From positions 1 to 32,703 of the forward strand of contig CAWEDJ010000024.1 in the NCBI GenBank assembly GCA_963807635.1: a stretch of 32,703 nucleotides of DNA, in the 5' to 3' direction. A model generated the notes under the pieces. It was not told where the DNA came from, made no database searches, and saw only the letters and a list, made by a program, of their open reading frames with translations. Each line of letters opens with the position of its first letter. The first letter of the stretch is position 1. A program made the position numbers and the translations under genes. Origin of the DNA: an uncultured cyanobacterium (GTDB taxonomy: Bacteria > Cyanobacteriota > Cyanobacteriia > Cyanobacteriales > Microcystaceae). Of this stretch, positions 30,472 to 32,703 are shown piece after piece.

Positions 30472-30999
30472 ATGAAATTAATCGATTCCAAAGGGCGTTT
30501 ACTCGGTAAATTTAGCATTCTCGATTTAGGAGCCGCTCTAGTTATCCTGCTAGTCATTATTGGCATTTTTGTTGTTCCTGGCACCTCTGGCAAGAGTATG
30601 ATGGCCCAGGTACAAACCAAATCCATTGAAGTTGATGCAATGGTACGGGGTCTGAATGTCATGAATCCTGAAGATTTGCTCAGAGATTTTAAAGAAGAGA
30701 AAAAGACAAACATTATTATTCGCAATCAACCCGCAGGTCAAGTCGAAATTGTCAACGTCCGAGAATTAGCCCGCACGATCGCGGTTCCCCAACCCGATGG
30801 AAGCCTCAAATCCTTACCCGATCCCCGTCCTGATAATTTTAGTCAGGATATGATTCTCACCCTGGGCGGAAAGGCTGAGATGACTCCAACAGGGGCGGTA
30901 TTGGGGAATCAGAAAATTAAAATTGGTACGGTGCTTGAATTAGAAGGCAAAACCTATAATTTCAACGCTAGTGTGATTGCTCTCCGCATTAAGTCCTAA
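30472..30999 (+). CDS. DUF4330-family protein
   Basis: IDSKGRLLGK.SILDLGAALVIL, IIIRNQPAG, VPQPDGS...LPDPRP, KIKIG..LELEG. Confidence 0.85.
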   Translation: MKLIDSKGRLLGKFSILDLGAALVILLVIIGIFVVPGTSGKSMMAQVQTKSIEVDAMVRGLNVMNPEDLLRDFKEEKKTNIIIRNQPAGQVEIVNVRELARTIAVPQPDGSLKSLPDPRPDNFSQDMILTLGGKAEMTPTGAVLGNQKIKIGTVLELEGKTYNFNASVIALRIKS

Positions 31000-31012
31000 A
31001 ATTGGTCTAATT

Positions 31013-32086
31013 ATGTCTGAACCGATTATTTATTTGGCGGCAACGGGTCACGGATTTGGCCATGCGGTACGGGTGGCTTCAGTTGCTTCAGTGATTCAAA
31101 AGCTCTGCCCTGAAAGTGTCCTGATTTTAGCGACGACGGCTCCCCGATGGTTGCTCGATTCTTACATTGAGGGCGATTTTATTCATCGTCCCCGTGCCTT
31201 TGATGTGGGAGTGATTCAGGCGGATAGTTTACAGATGGATAAAGTGGCGACTCTGGAAAAATTACAGGAGATTTACGCCCAACAGCGATCGCTCATTGCC
31301 TCAGAGGTTAATTTTCTACTCACCAATCGAGTCGGGGTGATTCTTGCCGATATTCCTCCTCTGATGACCGCAATCGCCCAGAAAGCAGGTATTCCCTGTT
31401 ATATGATGAGTAACTTTGGTTGGGATTTTGTTTATCGCAGTTGGGGTGAACCCTTTGCTGAAATCACTCGTCAAATTGAGCAGAATTATCAAGAATGCGA
31501 TCGGCTTTTTCGCTTTCCGTTGAGTGAATCCATGAGCGTTTTTCCCCATATTACCGATGTGGGTTTAACAGGCGGCGATCCCCGCTATGGAGAAAAGCAA
31601 TTACGTCAGCAGTTTGGATTAAATAAATCCCCTGAAAAAACCGTTTTATTGACCTTCGGCGGTTTAGGTTTACAGGCAATTCCCTATACTAATTTAGAAA
31701 AATTTCCCGATTGGCAATTTATTACCTTTGATCGGAATGCGCCCGATTCTTCTAATTTAATTAAAATTACCGACAATCAATATCGTCCCGTTGATTTTAT
31801 GCCGCTCTGTGGAAGGGTGTTTTCTAAGCCTGGGTTTAGTACCTTTGCGGAAGCCATGCGTTTAGAAATTCCCGTTATTTCTTTGACGCGAGATGATTTT
31901 TCTGAAGCGGAGGTATTACTCACGGGGTTAAAAGATTATTCCTATCATCAAATTGTTACTCCGAAAGATTTTTTTGAAAGTAACTGGGAGTTTTTAGAAA
32001 TGCCTTTAACGTCTCCTCGAAAAGCTGAAAAATTAGATAAGCATGGTGCAGAGGCGATCGCAGAGGCAATCCTAAATCTTTTTTAA
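31013..32086 (+). CDS. GT-B glycosyltransferase (L-arabinokinase N-terminal-like)
   Basis: TGHGFGHAVR, DVGVIQ.DSL, ADIPP, NFGWDF.Y, LLTFGG, SKPGFSTFAEA. Start ATG 31013. Confidence 0.85.
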   Translation: MSEPIIYLAATGHGFGHAVRVASVASVIQKLCPESVLILATTAPRWLLDSYIEGDFIHRPRAFDVGVIQADSLQMDKVATLEKLQEIYAQQRSLIASEVNFLLTNRVGVILADIPPLMTAIAQKAGIPCYMMSNFGWDFVYRSWGEPFAEITRQIEQNYQECDRLFRFPLSESMSVFPHITDVGLTGGDPRYGEKQLRQQFGLNKSPEKTVLLTFGGLGLQAIPYTNLEKFPDWQFITFDRNAPDSSNLIKITDNQYRPVDFMPLCGRVFSKPGFSTFAEAMRLEIPVISLTRDDFSEAEVLLTGLKDYSYHQIVTPKDFFESNWEFLEMPLTSPRKAEKLDKHGAEAIAEAILNLF

Positions 32087-32163
32087 TTTTTCCGAAGATT
32101 TTGCCAGAAAACGGTTAAAAGTTCAGTTTTGGGTTCATAGTAAATTTTTATCCGTGCCATCAT
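32083..32163 (-). pseudogene. Truncated DUF2283-like gene fragment
   Basis: MMARIKIYYEPKTELLTVFWQNLRKN* resembles the DUF2283 N-terminus (KI.Y...T..L.V) and ends on the glycosyltransferase stop (shared TTAA). Confidence 0.5.
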
Positions 32164-32171
32164 AAAATCTA

Positions 32172-32385
32172 TCAAGCAAAAACAATCCTCCTTTAGGTTC
32201 CGGGAATTTCTCGACTTAATGCTTGGGCTATTTCAATCCATTCTTGAATAATAACTTCAGCATTTTGTAAGGCTTCTTGATAAGTTTTTCCCATCAGCCA
32301 TACAGCCAAATAATTCAGGAACTTCAACAATGGAAGGTTTAATCTCTTGGCTCCAGTAGATAATCATTTTGTAGGCAGTTTTCAC
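32172..32385 (-). pseudogene. hicB: HicB-family antitoxin, frameshifted and degenerate
   Basis: Y.MIIYWSQE....IVEVPELFGCMADGK / TYQEALQNAEVIIQEWIE.A..L.REIP / EPKG, spread across several frames. Confidence 0.8.
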
Positions 32386-32407
32386 AATCACTCGCTATGA
32401 CTAGGGT

Positions 32408-32608
32408 TTATTGATCAATGGTGAAAGCAATTTGTTCAAGGTCTATAATATTTCGTTGAGAAGCATTCAAAAATTCTAACCTGATCGGCTCATCGGTTTC
32501 ATCATAACTGATAATAACTCCGCCAGGTTCAGAGATAGCATTTACGGGAAAAGTATCTCGTAAAACAATCATAAGAATATCTGTTTCTTTGTCATATTTG
32601 ATTTTCAT
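32408..32608 (-). CDS. DUF2283-family protein (putative antitoxin)
   Basis: MKIKYDKETDIL.I.L........E..GVII.YD....P..LEFLNAS. Confidence 0.85.
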   Translation of the reverse strand: MKIKYDKETDILMIVLRDTFPVNAISEPGGVIISYDETDEPIRLEFLNASQRNIIDLEQIAFTIDQ

Positions 32609-32702
32609 GGTTTTCCTCTTGCCAATAGCGGTTAATTTGATTTGTCCAGTATAGATTTAAGATTCGTTTAGTGTTGCCAATGATTACAAAGGGAATTCTA
32701 AG
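32592..32702 (-). CDS. DUF4258-like (RelE/BrnT-fold) putative toxin, C-terminal part (truncated by the window edge)
   Basis: LRIPFVIIGNTKRILNLYWTNQINRYWQEENHENQI* overlaps the DUF2283 start; DUF4258-DUF2283 is a recurring gene pair. Confidence 0.6.
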   Translation of the reverse strand, partial: LRIPFVIIGNTKRILNLYWTNQINRYWQEENHENQI

Positions 32703-32703
32703 T

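Larger units (their letters stand above)
301..32061. repeat. HIP1 octamer GCGATCGC dispersed throughout the window
   Basis: Dozens of exact copies, for example at 301, 374, 578, 827 and 32054; a hallmark of many cyanobacterial genomes. Confidence 0.95.

Noticed and set aside
1494..31549. Numerous short ORFs antisense or out of frame within known genes (e.g. 1494-1703, 7196-7525, 9322-9663, 13051-13575, 24273-24722, 30390-30725)
   Set aside because: They overlap well-supported genes and show no recognisable motifs; shadow ORFs.
301..32061. HIP1 repeats as a novel repeat system
   Set aside because: A well-known genome-wide cyanobacterial feature.

Overview
Chromosomal window from a cyanobacterium, probably a unicellular Synechocystis/Chroococcales-like lineage. 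Support for this comes from the many HIP1 octamers (GCGATCGC) and cyanobacteria-specific families (SbtA/SbtB, DUF1995, DUF4327, DUF4330, TIGR02450, Uma2). Most of it is housekeeping: mfd, gatA, MtfA-like peptidase, sugar ABC ATPase, Wza/Wzc-type EPS export, 5-formyl-THF cyclo-ligase, sbtAB, 5-oxoprolinase, tyrA, HxlR/pirin, GNAT, RibD-C, speA and a glycosyltransferase. Small accessory modules (toxin-antitoxin pairs, Uma2 nucleases and their remnants, a REP/MITE-like element) sit at gene 3' ends. The most striking structure is at gatA. The intact gene is followed by an intact Uma2 (PD-(D/E)XK) nuclease gene and then, 2 bp after its stop, by a second 363-bp copy of the gatA 3' end. That copy has about 29 mismatches, mostly synonymous, and no indels. 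This suggests an integrase-free event in which a 'gatA 3' end + nuclease' cassette displaced the resident 3' end. A decayed Uma2 sits in the same position behind mfd. Several genes (wza-like, cyclo-ligase, speA and a conserved hypothetical) carry frameshifts mostly in short homopolymers, probably sequencing or assembly errors. No tRNA, rRNA, CRISPR array, integrase or transposase was recognised.
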